DNA from: Geosiphon pyriformis uo1
Taxonomy: Eukaryota > Fungi > Glomeromycota
Direction: 5' to 3'
Assembly: GCA_016748015.1 (NCBI GenBank)
Contig: JAAOMT010000778.1
Coordinates: forward strand, 129,176 to 193,175
Length of the DNA stretch: 64,000 nucleotides
This document shows, piece by piece, positions 27,703 through 40,505 of this stretch (within the stretch, counting starts at the first letter, position 1; each line of letters starts with the position of its first letter). The position numbers and the translations under genes are program-made. The notes under the pieces were generated by a model. That model had not been told where the DNA came from, made no database searches, and was given only the letters and a program-made list of their open reading frames with translations.

Positions 27703-28597
27703 TATTACTCATAGAAATATAGGGAATATATATTAGCATAGTTATTAGCCAATCAGAAGTAAACATAGTAAATGTGGAATTCCAGGATTCCTCGCAGGAA
27801 TTGCAAGATTCCAGAAATTACAGGATTCTCATGAGGAATTGCAGGATTCCAGAATTCTAGGATTCCTCTCAAAAAGAATTACAGGATTTCTGTTATGAAG
27901 AATTGAGGAATTGAGGAATCTCAATTATGTATATATAGCAGTAATATTAGAAGCTGAAAAAAGCAGACTTCTCAGTTTAGATTTCATCTAGACAACCTTT
28001 CAAACACAATAAATAACTATTTGGTATCACAAACTTAATTCCACTATTAACACTCCATGTAGATAGTAATTGATACTTAAACACATTGGAACAATAGCTC
28101 TTGATCATGGCTATTGATGAGATACTGACTTGCAAAATTACCTTGGCTTATTCATGATTTTCTTTTATTCTTTTCTTTATTTTATTTTATTTTGATTTTA
28201 TTGTTGTGCACTAATTGGTTAAATAAAGTGCTAGATTACTGACATTAAAAATTGCCTGGTAAAAGACCTCTGTGAGAGGGTAGGACATGTACAGAAGATA
28301 TGAAATACTTACCAGAGAATTGCTGGCCATCACGCCGAAAGAAGAATTGACAGAATTGCGATTCTGGGAAGCTATGAATAAAACAACTATTGAATCTCTG
28401 TCCATTATACAAAAAACTCAAACCAAAACCTTCAGATACAAAACCTTTAGATTAATAACATCAACGTGAATAACTTTTAGCACCAAGTTACAGATTTGTT
28501 ATTTGATTCAACACCCCAAATACTCATTCATAACATTTGGTGCTCCCTGTGAGGTATAATCCTACAGAGAACCCACATCAACAATTCCATCCAAAAA

Positions 28598-31500
28598 TGA
28601 CAGAATCAGAAAACATCAGAGCAAACCATCTAGGATTTGTGAAATTTTTATTTCAATATTACTGTCAACATTTGGGATTAACCCATAATCACATATCAGC
28701 AGAATCAGCTTTTAATTTTTACGTCAACAAAAAAATTGCTTATCTGTTGGAAACATCCATGAATATTGAATCAGCAAGAGAAACTTTTTACAATGAATTA
28801 ATTCAAAACACCAGTCTACTCACAAATCATAATTTCACATCTATCATTACTAAGATCAACAAAGAAATTGAACACCACATACAGCAAAGATACCCAATTA
28901 CTTACACAAGTAAAGGCAAAGAAAAACTACAAACACCAGCAGTAACACCTCAAAGGATACAACCACCCACTTGGAAAAAAACTAGAGTTGAGTCCCCAAA
29001 CAACCCATTCTACCACTATACTCCTGAAAGTGCCATCAATATATTATCAACAGACGCATCTACATCAAATGCAACATCAACATTTAAATGTTTCTCATTT
29101 CAAAGTAAACAAAAGAAAGAGGATTTACTAGGACCATACAGCGAGTATTTTGAAAGATTTAAATCTCAATCGCCAACGCCATCAGGATTTTGATCACCAC
29201 CACCTTAACCAAATTTCGGAATTGTAAGTCCATAGAAAATTACTGAATTGAAAGAAGAACAAGAAGTAGAAGAAGAAGAAGAATCTGAGGATCACGAATT
29301 TACTTACTAAAACCCGATTCTAGAAAACCCAGAAAGTGAAACTTCAAACTTTTAAATCCAGCCAAATTTAAACAATCAAGAAAATGACACTCCGAATATT
29401 CAAACACCACCAAATCAGAATAATCCAAACTCCAAAGTAATTAATCAATACTTACCTCTAGTTATTATCATCGATCAACCACCTGTTGAACCAATTGGCC
29501 AGCCCATCCAACTACAGAACTAGCAAAATCAACAACCACCACCAGTACTGCCTCAACAACAATAACAACTTTCACTACTACAGCAACAACAAATGGCTTA
29601 TGCATCCATCACAAAACTCAACAAATTCAATGGTAAAGAAGACAATGCCCAAGTCTGGTTAAATGACGTAGCCAAAGCCATTACAGCCAATAATTGGGAT
29701 GATGCTAGAGCGATGCAAGCAATCCCTTATTTTCTTCAGAATACTGCTGATGCATGATATCAAAGTCTTGCTGTCAAACCCCAAAATTTTAATGGATTCA
29801 AAACTGAATTCTTGTGGTACTTTAGCAACAATAATAGTATCAACAAATTAACCAACACCTTTACAATGATCAGACAAGAAGACACTGAAGTAGTCACTAC
29901 CTACTTGGGATGCTTCCATAGAAATCTATGCCAAATATAAGCCATCCAAGCCAACTATTTCACAGCACCACAGATTTTAAATCAATTTATTAGAGAATTG
30001 CATAGTAGCATCCTACAACAAGTACGTCCAATGCATCCAGTGGACCTTCCAATCACAGTTACATATGCCAGAGATTTTGAAGCAGCTGAATTAGAAGCTA
30101 ATTACGCTCAAGCTGTAAATCTAGCAATGAATAGATCATCTGAATTGGATTCCAAATTGAAGCAATTCAGTGATTCAATTAATCAGAAATTAGAGGAATA
30201 CTTAGCTGACAATCGCATAATTTATCAATCTCCTCAATAGTGTAATAATCAGGGAAATGTGAATTGTTTCCAAAATTAGTCACGTCTATCATTGTCATCC
30301 AATCAGTCATGGCAGCCAGAGATGTGCATCTGCCACAACTGTGGTAAACAAAGGCACATTAAAGCCAACTGCCATACTTATAGCAATTCACGATTGGGAA
30401 ATCAATATAGAAACTCTGATTGCCGGTTCTAGATTCTGAACTATCACCCGAATCAAGACCAATACCAACCCACTTACCTGCTTATGACACACCAACCAAT
30501 TTATTAACTGCCAGTTTATCAACTACAGTTACAAGCAATTTATCAGGTGCAGCCACAAGTAATATATCAACCACAGCCACCAGCAATCTATCAAACACCC
30601 ACCATTTAAACACTACCAGCAAACCCAGCTCAAATGACATTAGGAAACCCAAGATTGAGGATTACCCAAAACTGGAAATTGGCAATAGTTGTACATCAAC
30701 CAATCCCCAGCTCTTTTCACCAACAATCAGGATCTCATCAGTGGAATTTGGGCACCAGTCCCACCCAAAACCCGAATTCTCAACACTATTTAAGCCTCCT
30801 GGTAACTCCAGAAGATGTCACATCCAGCAATCCGGAAATTAAACAACAACAACTACCTACCAATAATATTCTATCTGCTACAATCACCAAAAATAAATCT
30901 TTAGATGCCATCTTTCCATTCGAACTCGAAGAATTGTCAAATGTGCTATTATTTAGTGAAGCTGTACTTGAAGAGAAACTGATCACTACCATGTATACTG
31001 ATGCCAAGATTGATGGCCACTTCATCAAATTAATTCTTAACAGTGGTTCAGCAGGCAGCATCATCACATGACAACTCATGAATCAATTAGATTGTCAAGT
31101 TGATCATGCTACCAGTGCTAGGATTATCACCATGAATAGAGCCACCAAAACCCCAATTGGCAAAATCAATGACTTCCCAATTGAAGTCAATGGCATCATA
31201 GTATCCATCAAAGTTCTAGTGATGGAAGCCACCTAATATTAAGCTTTAGTTGGTAATGACTGGCTATCCAAAACCAATTTTATGCTCAATTGGATGACTC
31301 AAGAACTAGTACTCAGCCAGAATGATCAACACACACGAGTCCCAGCAATGTGTGGCCATTTCAAACCCAGCAATGTCAAGACAACAACACTGTTTATTGA
31401 ATTTGAGGAGGAAGAAAACAAACCAATGTGGAAAGCATATCAAGTATCATGGGCTAATGTTAATTACAACAAACTGCTGCCAATACTTTCCTGGGACAAC

Positions 31501-34500
31501 AACAACAATGGAAAAAAAAAACAAAGAGCAAAACTTATCTGGGAAACAGATAACCTGACTTGAACTGATAATGATGAACCGACATTGAGCTGGGAATGAG
31601 AAGAAAACAAAGAAAGCAATAAAGGGAAGAAAAAAGAGAAGGAAGAAAAAACAACACTTACCAACACTACTGCTCATAACTTATACACCTATTCATCACT
31701 ACCAACTAATTATTATTGACCAAAGCTGATATGTGTTAATTGTGGCAAGAAATTGTTGTCAATAGATGCATACTATGATGATGATGAGGAATATTTAATG
31801 GCCACCAGATTCTACTGCCACACATGCATCATAGAGTGCTTTGGATGACCGAAACAATGAGGAAAGTGGGACAATCAACTATGTCTTGCATGTGGAACTA
31901 TCTTACTTGACGAAGGAATGTGGAATAACATTCCTGAGTGGGGAGGAACATGTGACGAGACATGCCAATACACCATCTTGATAAATGACTAGATATGCAA
32001 GGGAACACCAATCAACAACACATGGAAAAAAGCACTACAATAATTGGAAGGGTACTTACATGATGAACATGAACTCTGGAGAATGACAAATGTGAAGGCA
32101 GAAGGTGTGACAACCAGTGAACTACTAGAAATCAAAAACAACCCCCTATCTCTGTTTGAACCTGAATACATCCTAACATTTGACATATTCGGCAACATTA
32201 AGGATGATTTGAAAGAATTCTACGAGCCCTATTAACGGTTGACACCTACTTGAGAAGAACAAGAGCAATGGTTGGAAGAAATAAACACTTGACTATGTAA
32301 CTACTGTTTAATTTCATATGACTTCCAATATTGTAATGAGTGTGACCTCATTTACAATCTGTCACCACACATAATTTACACAATCCCAGAGGAAGAGGAA
32401 TTAATCAGCAGCTGTGCATCAGAATCAGAATTGATTTTTAATCCTGATTCAAACTCCAACAATAATGATGACGAAAACACCAGTTTCAGTTCCATCCAAT
32501 ATGGTGATAACAATGACAATGATTCCAACTCAGATTTAAACCCCAATTCAGACTATGAACAATATATTGCACTCTCTGATCTCACCAAGAAACAGGAACT
32601 TAAATGGTTTAGTGATAATAATAAAGGTATTATGCCAGATTTGATCTGAGGTATTTAGGAAAAGAGGCCATTCAATTGGAACCACATTCACACACCTGCA
32701 TTGATTTGAAAATAGCACTGGAAATTCCAGCAACAACAATGGTTCAATTAACATCTAGGAATAGTCTAGCAAAAAGAGGGATAAATATAAGAGGAGGAAT
32801 AATTGACACAGGATATGTAAGAAATATCATCGCCATGCTACAAAACGACTCAGAAAAGGCCTATATCATAGAGCCAAATGAAAAAATAACACAAGCAATC
32901 TTCCTGTCTTTGGTTAAAATAGCTCAATTAGTATCTGTAGAAAACAGAAAAGAACTAGAGATAACAGCAAGAGAGATACAGAGATTTGGATCCATGAGTA
33001 GAATAGACATACTAGTCAATATGACAAAGGAAGAAATTATTGGCCAAGGAGAAATTATTTCAACAGGTCAAGCAATTTCCATTCCACCATATGACCAGTA
33101 CATATTAGCAATAGAAAGAAAGGTAAAAGATCAGGCACAAATTTTTGAAGTAGAAACAAGCTTTTGTGAAACAGAAGAAGTTGGACTTATCAATATACAC
33201 ATACCAGCCAAGAACCACAACCATATCAAAATTCCCATTTACAACAATACAGGAAATGTTGTAGAGATACCAAAAGAAACCACTCTCAGATATTTGACCA
33301 CTAAAATTGAAGATCAACCACCAAGCATCATTCCAGACTTTTCACAATTGTGTGGATATGTGAATATTATATTACAAACAATCTATGGACGGAATGAATG
33401 TTATTTGTTACAATCAGAGCAGCTAGAGCAAATGAACATAGAAAATCTAGATCCACTTCAACAGATGCAACTAAAGATGTTACTTAACAATTTTAATGAC
33501 ATCTTTGCCAGCAAAAACAAATTTGGCAGAACTGATATTATCCAACACCAGATCAAAACTGGAGATGCAATCCCAATCAAACAAAGAGCATACAGAATAG
33601 CACCAGCAAGCCATGAGATCATCTGTCAAGAGATTAATCAAATGCTTAACAATAGACTAATCCAATCATTAATGAGCTCATGGTTGTTACCAGTAGTACT
33701 TATCTGAAAGAAGAATGGAAAGATCAAATTTTGTGTAGACTACAGAAAACTCAATAGAGTCATTTATGGAGACAATTATCCAACTTCACAGATCCAAGAG
33801 TTATTCAATGCTTTTGAAGGAAACAAATGGTTTTCAACATTGGACTTGTATAGTGGTTACTGACAAGTAGCCATGGATCTAGCTGACAAAGAAAAAATAA
33901 CACTCACTATAAGAGAGAGAAACTTTGAATTTGAAATAATACCATTTGGCTTAACCAATGCCCCAGCAACCTTCCAATGGCTAATGGAAATTGTGTATAC
34001 TGGCTTATTGTGGAAATCAGTAGTTGTATACTTGGACAACACCAATGTATTCTCAAGAACATTTGATAATCATCTCCATCATCTTTAACAAATATTCAAA
34101 AGACTGCGATGAGCAGGGTTAAAGCTAAATACACCAAGTGCTTTTTTGGCAAAACAAAACTGAAGTTTCTGAGACATATAATCAGCAAAGACGGTATCAA
34201 GACAAACCCAGACAAGATAGAAATAGTAAAAAACTTTCCAGTGCCAACCAATGGGATTGAACTAAAATCATTCTTGGAATTTACAAGCTATTATCATTGC
34301 TTCATCAAAAACTTTTCTAAAATAGCTTAGCCACTTAACCATCTACAAACTAAGAACGTGAAATATAAATGGATGGAAATGCAACAAAAAGCTTTTGACA
34401 TTTTAAGAGGAAAGCTCATTCAAGCATCAGTATTGATCTATTCAAATCACAACAAACCATTTATCATTACTACTGATGCATTAGGTCAAGCATTGGGAGC

Positions 34501-36303
34501 AGTACTATCTCAGAAAGGACTGGATGAAAGAGAACATCCAGTAGCATTTGCCAGCTGAAGCTTAACACCAGCCAAAAAAAACTATGGAACACCAGAACAA
34601 AAACACTTAGCGATATACTGGGCAGTCATGGAATGGAAAGAATACTTGAGCCAGAAGTTTGAAATGTACACAGATCACAAAAGATTAACATTATTCCAAA
34701 AACAAGAATTTGGAGATAGAAGACAGTCAAGATAGAAAATGGCACTTGCACTATATAATTATACTATACATTATAAAAAGGGAAAAAACAATGGAAATGC
34801 TGATGGTTTGTTACAAATAAGACAAATCTAAACATTCCAATTCAAAAAATATAACAAAACCAAACTACATCCAACAACAACATAATAAAAGATAAACTCA
34901 CAAAAATATTAACAACTCAAGCATTATATAAATACTCAACAGTTCAAGGAGAAATTATCTTAAACAGAACAAAATAGTATCAAACAACAATCAAAATATT
35001 TTATCATCTACCAGAATATATTTTATTGGAAGAATAGAAAAGATTCAGATCAACCAACCAGAGTAATTACAGAACTGAAAAAAGAAACAATATTATTCAA
35101 CATGCATTCAAATCCAACAGCAGAACATTTTCATAAAGAGGCAACCAGGGAAAGAACCAGAAAGAGATACTATTGGCCATCAATGTATCCAGATATCATC
35201 TAATATGTGCAAAATTGTGATGCTTGTCAAAGAAGAGGAGGAACAAGACCCAGTGAACCATTGAGACCAATCAAAGTGGGACAACTATTTGACCGTATTG
35301 GAATCGATTTAGTCAGACCATTGACAATTACCAGCAGAGGCAACAGATATATTGCAGTAGTCATAGACTATCTTACTAAATAACCAGAAGCCAAAGCAAT
35401 TCAAAGAGTGAATGCAGAATCTGTTGCCAAATTCATCTATCAAGATTTGATTTGTTAACATAGATGTTCAAAAGAACTATTATTAGACTAAGAAACCCAT
35501 TTTGTGAATAGAACATTAGCAGAACTAAGCCAAAAATTTGGAATTAAAAGACCACTATCATCACCATACCATCCACAAACCAATGGATTAGTTAAAAGAT
35601 TTAATAGAATATTGTGTAAAGCAATAGCAAAACTCAGCCAAAAAAACCAGGACGAATGAGACTTGTTCATACCATCAGTATTATTTGCTTATTGGACAAT
35701 GAAGCAAGACACCACACAAGCAACACCATTTGAATTAATATACGGTAGAACAGCAATATTACCAGTTGAGATAGAGATTAACATATATCCAACTGAACCA
35801 ATAACAGAAAAGAATTTTCAAGAGACATTGTTAAGAAGAACATATGACTTAATAGAAACATTAGAAAACAAATGAAGAAGAGCAGCTGATAACATACAAA
35901 AGTCACAAGAGAAACAGAAAGAAAAACATGATAATCAACTACCAAACAAACCAGTTGAATTTAAGATTGAAAACAAAGTACTCTTATATTATACCAAAGC
36001 AGAAAAACAATGAAGTGAAAAATTTGACCCCAAATGAGATGAACCATTTCACATAAAAGAAATTCTAAAGAATAGAGCTTACAAATTAAGACTGGATAAC
36101 AAAATCTTAACCAAAGCAGCACATGGAGATTGACTGAAACTATATCACAACATCACATCACTATCCACCAGTAATATTCCACAATTAGAAGTACAGAAGA
36201 TACTAATCTAACCAGAGGAGATTCCACGAGATCTGGAACCAATTATCATTATTAACAACAACACATTAATTAATCCATCAAAAGAATATATAAAGACATA
36301 GTA
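28598..36303 (+). pseudogene. Family E gag-pol: capsid, knuckle, protease, Cys-rich domain, dUTPase, RT, RNase H, integrase
   Basis: CHNCGKQRHIKANC; LIL(D>N)SGSAGS; dUTPase GGIIDTGY; RT FCVDYRKLN, PFGLTNAPATFQ, YLD(D>N); RNase H TTDALGQALGAVLSQ; integrase H..H..CDAC, IGIDLV, YHPQTNGLV and a GPF-type tail. Confidence 0.92.
32620..33000 (+). pseudogene. dUTPase domain within family E pol
   Basis: Motif 1 partly deleted (..FDLRY), motif 2 SRNSLA, motif 3 GGIIDTGYVRNI, motif 4 EKITQAIF, motif 5 TAREIQRFGS. Confidence 0.88.
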
Positions 36304-36327
36304 GATGCAACAAGAAATATCAGAAAA

Positions 36328-36957
36328 ATGGAAATTACAGACAACATCCACTCACTAGCACAACAACTCTTTCAATTAATTCAACACCAAGAGATAAAAA
36401 TTACAATTAATCAACAAACCATCTGATATCAAGACACTAGAAAGACATTACCACATAGAACACAGAAGAAAACAGAAAATACTGTTGACAAAATCATGGC
36501 GAAAGTAAAATTAGCAATAAAAGAGTCAACAAAAGAGTCACTATATCAAAAGTTGACTAAAAAAACTTGGAATTGGTGAATACAACAATTTCCAAGAAAT
36601 TATTGTTATTTTTACTTGGGACAACATGTGAATATCCAGAATCTATATACAGATAAAACAAAGCAATTATTTGACACCAGAATACTACAACAATTAGAAC
36701 ATTTTGTGGAAAAGAACAACTTATTCACACAGACCTGAGCCATATACCAAATACACACAGCATTTCAGGATTGACCAGAAATCTTATTTAACAAAGCAAT
36801 GAACACGGTTACAAGTAATCAATTAGGAAAGATCACCAATGCTCAATTTGAAGAATTACAGACTCAAATAACACAAGTAATTCTCGAAAATGAAATTCAG
36901 GAAATACTTCAAGAAAGAGAATTAACAGAGTTAGATTTCAACAGAGCTCAATATTAA
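36328..36957 (+). pseudogene. Family E ORF3 (210 codons, unknown function) between integrase and PPT
   Basis: Single frame MEITDNIHSLAQQLFQ...FYLGQ...VTSNQLGKITNAQFEEL...AQY*. Broken only by four TGA codons (CGA/TGG-derived). Confidence 0.75.
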
Positions 36958-37791
36958 AAGGAGGGAATAATGTTACTTATAGAAATATAGAGAATATATA
37001 TTAGCATAGTTATTAGCCAATCAAAAGTAAATGTAGTAAATGTGGAATTTCAAGATTCCTTTCAGGAATTACAGGATTCCAGGAATTACAGGATTCTCAT
37101 AAAAAATTGCAGGATTTCAGAATTCCAGGATTTCTCTCAAAAAAAATTGCAGGATTCCAGGAATTCCAGAATTCCTGTTGTGAAGAATTGAGGAATTGAG
37201 GAATCTCAATTATGTATATATAACAATAGTATTAGAAGCTGGAAAAGGCAGACCTCTCAGTTTAGATTTCATCTAGACAACCTTCCAAACACAATAAATA
37301 ACTATTTGGTATCTCAAACCTAATTCCACTATCAACACTCCATATTAATAGTAATTGATACTTAAACATACTAGAACAATAGCTCTTGATTATGGCTATT
37401 GATAAGATACTGACTTGCAAAATCACCTTGGCTTATTCATGATTTTCTTTTATTGTTGTGCACTAATTGGTTAAATAAAGCACTAGATTACTAACATCAA
37501 AAATTGCCTGGTAAAAGATCTCTGCGAGAGGATAGGACATGTACAAAAAATACAGAATACTTACCAGAGGATTGCTGGCCATTATGCCGAGAGAAGAATT
37601 GACAGAATTGCAATTCTGAGAAACTATGGATAAAACAACTATTGAATCTCTGTCCATTATACAAAGAATTTAAACCGAAACCTTCAGATACAAAACCTTC
37701 AGATTAATAACATCAATGTGAATAACTTTTAGCACCAAGTTATGGGTTTGTTATTTGATTTAACACCTCAAATACTCACTCATAACAATGA

Positions 37792-40460
37792 ATTCATGTG
37801 ATACAACACACCATCACCACCAGAAAAACTTGCTTCATCCATCTAAAACTATATCAATCCAATCACTACAATAATGAATTCATCAAGAAAAAAATAAAAC
37901 GAATGAAAGATCTTGGATTCATACAAAAAACCAAGAGTGAATAGGCTTTTCCAGTTGTAGTGGTATCCAAGAAAGATGAAACCCTGCACTTCTGTGTTGA
38001 TTATTGCCAATTAAATGCCATTACTAAAAGAAACATGTACTCATTTCCCAAAATTGATGCAATGCTAGATCAATTCAAGAGTGCTGCTTTCTTCTCAACC
38101 ATTGATCTAATTGCTGGATTTTGGCAAGTAGAGATGAATCCAGAAAGTTGGAAGAAAACCACCTTCATAACCAAGTATGGCACCTATAAATTCACAGTTA
38201 TGCTTTTTGGTTTCATCAATGCTCCTCCCACTTTTCAATGCTTAATGGACAAAGTATTTGAATTAGTGAAAAAAAATTTTGTTCTGGTTTATTTGGATAA
38301 CATAATAATGTACTCAAAAATCTGGGATGAACATCTTGAACATTTGCAAAAAGTTTTTGACCTCCTTAGAAATGCTGGCCTTAAAATAAACTCAATCAAA
38401 TCTTTCTTTAGACAGCAATCAACCCAATTTCTTGGTCATCTTATTACAAAGAATGGAATTTTTCCTGACCCAGCCAAGGTTGAAAAAGTCCAGAACATTA
38501 GACAACCAATGAATGTTCATGAACTGCACTCTTTCTTTGGTTTGGTTTCTTATTATCAGAAATTTGTTAAGAATTTTTCCAAAATCACCTCTCCACTCAA
38601 TCAGCTACTTAGAAAAAATGTCAATTACCACTGGGGTACACATCAGCAGAAAGCATTTGAAACCCTCAAAGAAAAATTGGTTACAAAACTTATTCTCAAG
38701 CAACCTAATCTGAATCAACTTTTTATCCTTCATACTAATGTATCTGGTTATGAACTTGGTGCTGTCCTGTCACAAAAAGATGAAGATGGCAGAGAATATG
38801 CAATAGCATATGTCAGTAGAACTTTTACACCAGCAGAACAGAACTATTCAGTTACTAAGCAGAAATGCTTAGCAGTAGTCTGGACTATTAGTTACTGAGA
38901 TAAGTATCTCCTGGGGGTAAAGTTTTTGGTGGTAACAGATCACCAAGCTTTGGTTTGGTTATGCAACAAAAAGAAGCTGGAACATAAAAGAATAACTTGC
39001 TGGATACTCCACTTGGACAAATTTGACTATGACATTCAACATCATCAAAACGCCGATGCTCTTTTTAGACTTACCATCTAGTGACAGTACAACTACCTCA
39101 AACCAAATCAACCTAATTATTAGTAATTCTCTCACAACCAAACACAATAATAGACTTGGACAACTACTCTGCCTTAATGGAATTTTTGGGTAAAGAACAA
39201 TACCCACTGGAATACAATTGACAACAAAAAGAACATTTGTGCAAACAATTAAATTTCTATTTGATCTGCCAGAATCAACTATACAAAAGAAACAGAAAAG
39301 ATTCTGACCATCTCCAAAGAGTCATAAGATTTGAAGAAAGAGAAATTGTGATCTATAATATGCACACTGATCTATTAGCTAGACACTTTGGAAAAACAAA
39401 AACAATTTAGAAAACTCTAGCTTGCTATTATTGGTCTACCTTAGAAAAAGACATTGCTGAGTACATTAAAACCTGTGATACCTGCCAAAGAAGAGAAAAA
39501 CCCAATAGAAAAGAAAATATCTATTCAATCTCTGTTGGCCAATCATTTGACAGGATTGGTATAGATGTTGTTAGACTCTTAACAATAACTCTTAATAGCA
39601 ACAGATACATTATTACAGCTACTAACTATCTTACAAAGTGGGTAGAAGCAAGAGCCACTTCAGACCAAACAACAGTCTCAATAGCCAATTTCATTTATGA
39701 AGATATCATATGCCATCATGGCTGCCCCAGAGAACTTTTATTTGATAGAGGAAAAGCTTTTCTCAGTACACTGGTTAAAGAACTTTGTAGAAAAATGGGA
39801 ATATGTCACAAACTTTCTTTCCCTTATTACCCCCAAACAAATTACCTAATAGAATATTTTAATAGAACACTATGTGAAACTCTAGCCAAAACAAGTAAAA
39901 AAACAAACTTATGAGACAAAGTATTGCTTTCAGCTTTGTTTGCTTATAGAACTGTGAATCATGACATAATAAGTTATGAACCTTTTTATCTGTTCTATGA
40001 ACACATGGCAATACTACCAATAAAAACTGACATTAAGACAATACCCTTTAAAGAGATCACAATAGCAAATTACAAAAACATTTTGCAAAGAAGACTTGAT
40101 ATCATTCTTGACTTATTGGTAGAAGCACAAATAGTTGCTTTTGAAAAGATAAAACAGTTTTAAGAAAAGCTTAAAAAGAAAAAAACCTATAAAACACTTT
40201 CTTTAAGTGTTGGTGACTTGGTATTAGAATACTATTCAAACAGAGACAATGTCTATGATAATAAATTCTTTAGCCAGTAGAAAGAACCCTTTATAGTCAA
40301 CAAATTTTTGAACAATGGTTTTTATATTCTTCAAGATCAATCTGGAACAATCTTTAATGATCGACCTGTTCACGGCATGCAACTCAAGAAATATTACAAA
40401 TGACCTGATTGGTTGCCTGTTGTGATAATACTGACTCAAATGATCAACAAAAATCAAGTA
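37792..40460 (+). pseudogene. Family B pol, 3' part (RT, RNase H, integrase), copy 1
   Basis: FCVDYCQLN, FSTIDL..GFWQV, YLD(D>N), HTNVSGYELGAVLSQ, IGIDVV, ALFAYRT. Confidence 0.92.
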
Positions 40461-40505
40461 TAAATAAATGCACTATTCCCAAAACAGAGGTATTTTCAAA
40501 TTGAC

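Larger units (their letters stand above)
27703..37787 (+). mobile_element. Full-length Ty3/Gypsy family E (10.1 kb, dUTPase-bearing), nested in B1
   Basis: LTRs 27703-28535 and 36971-37787; PBS TGGTGCTCCCTGTGAGG (28538-28554); PPT aaaaggagggaataa; perfect TSD atga (27699-27702 / 37788-37791). Confidence 0.95.

Noticed and set aside
30420-30842. Separate overlapping ORF or frameshift region in element E
   Set aside because: Gag knuckle and protease are already in one frame. This Ser/Thr-rich ORF is a shadow of the Gln/Pro-rich linker.
36328-36957. env gene
   Set aside because: It is in the env position but has no hydrophobic signal, TM anchor or furin-type site, and is too short.
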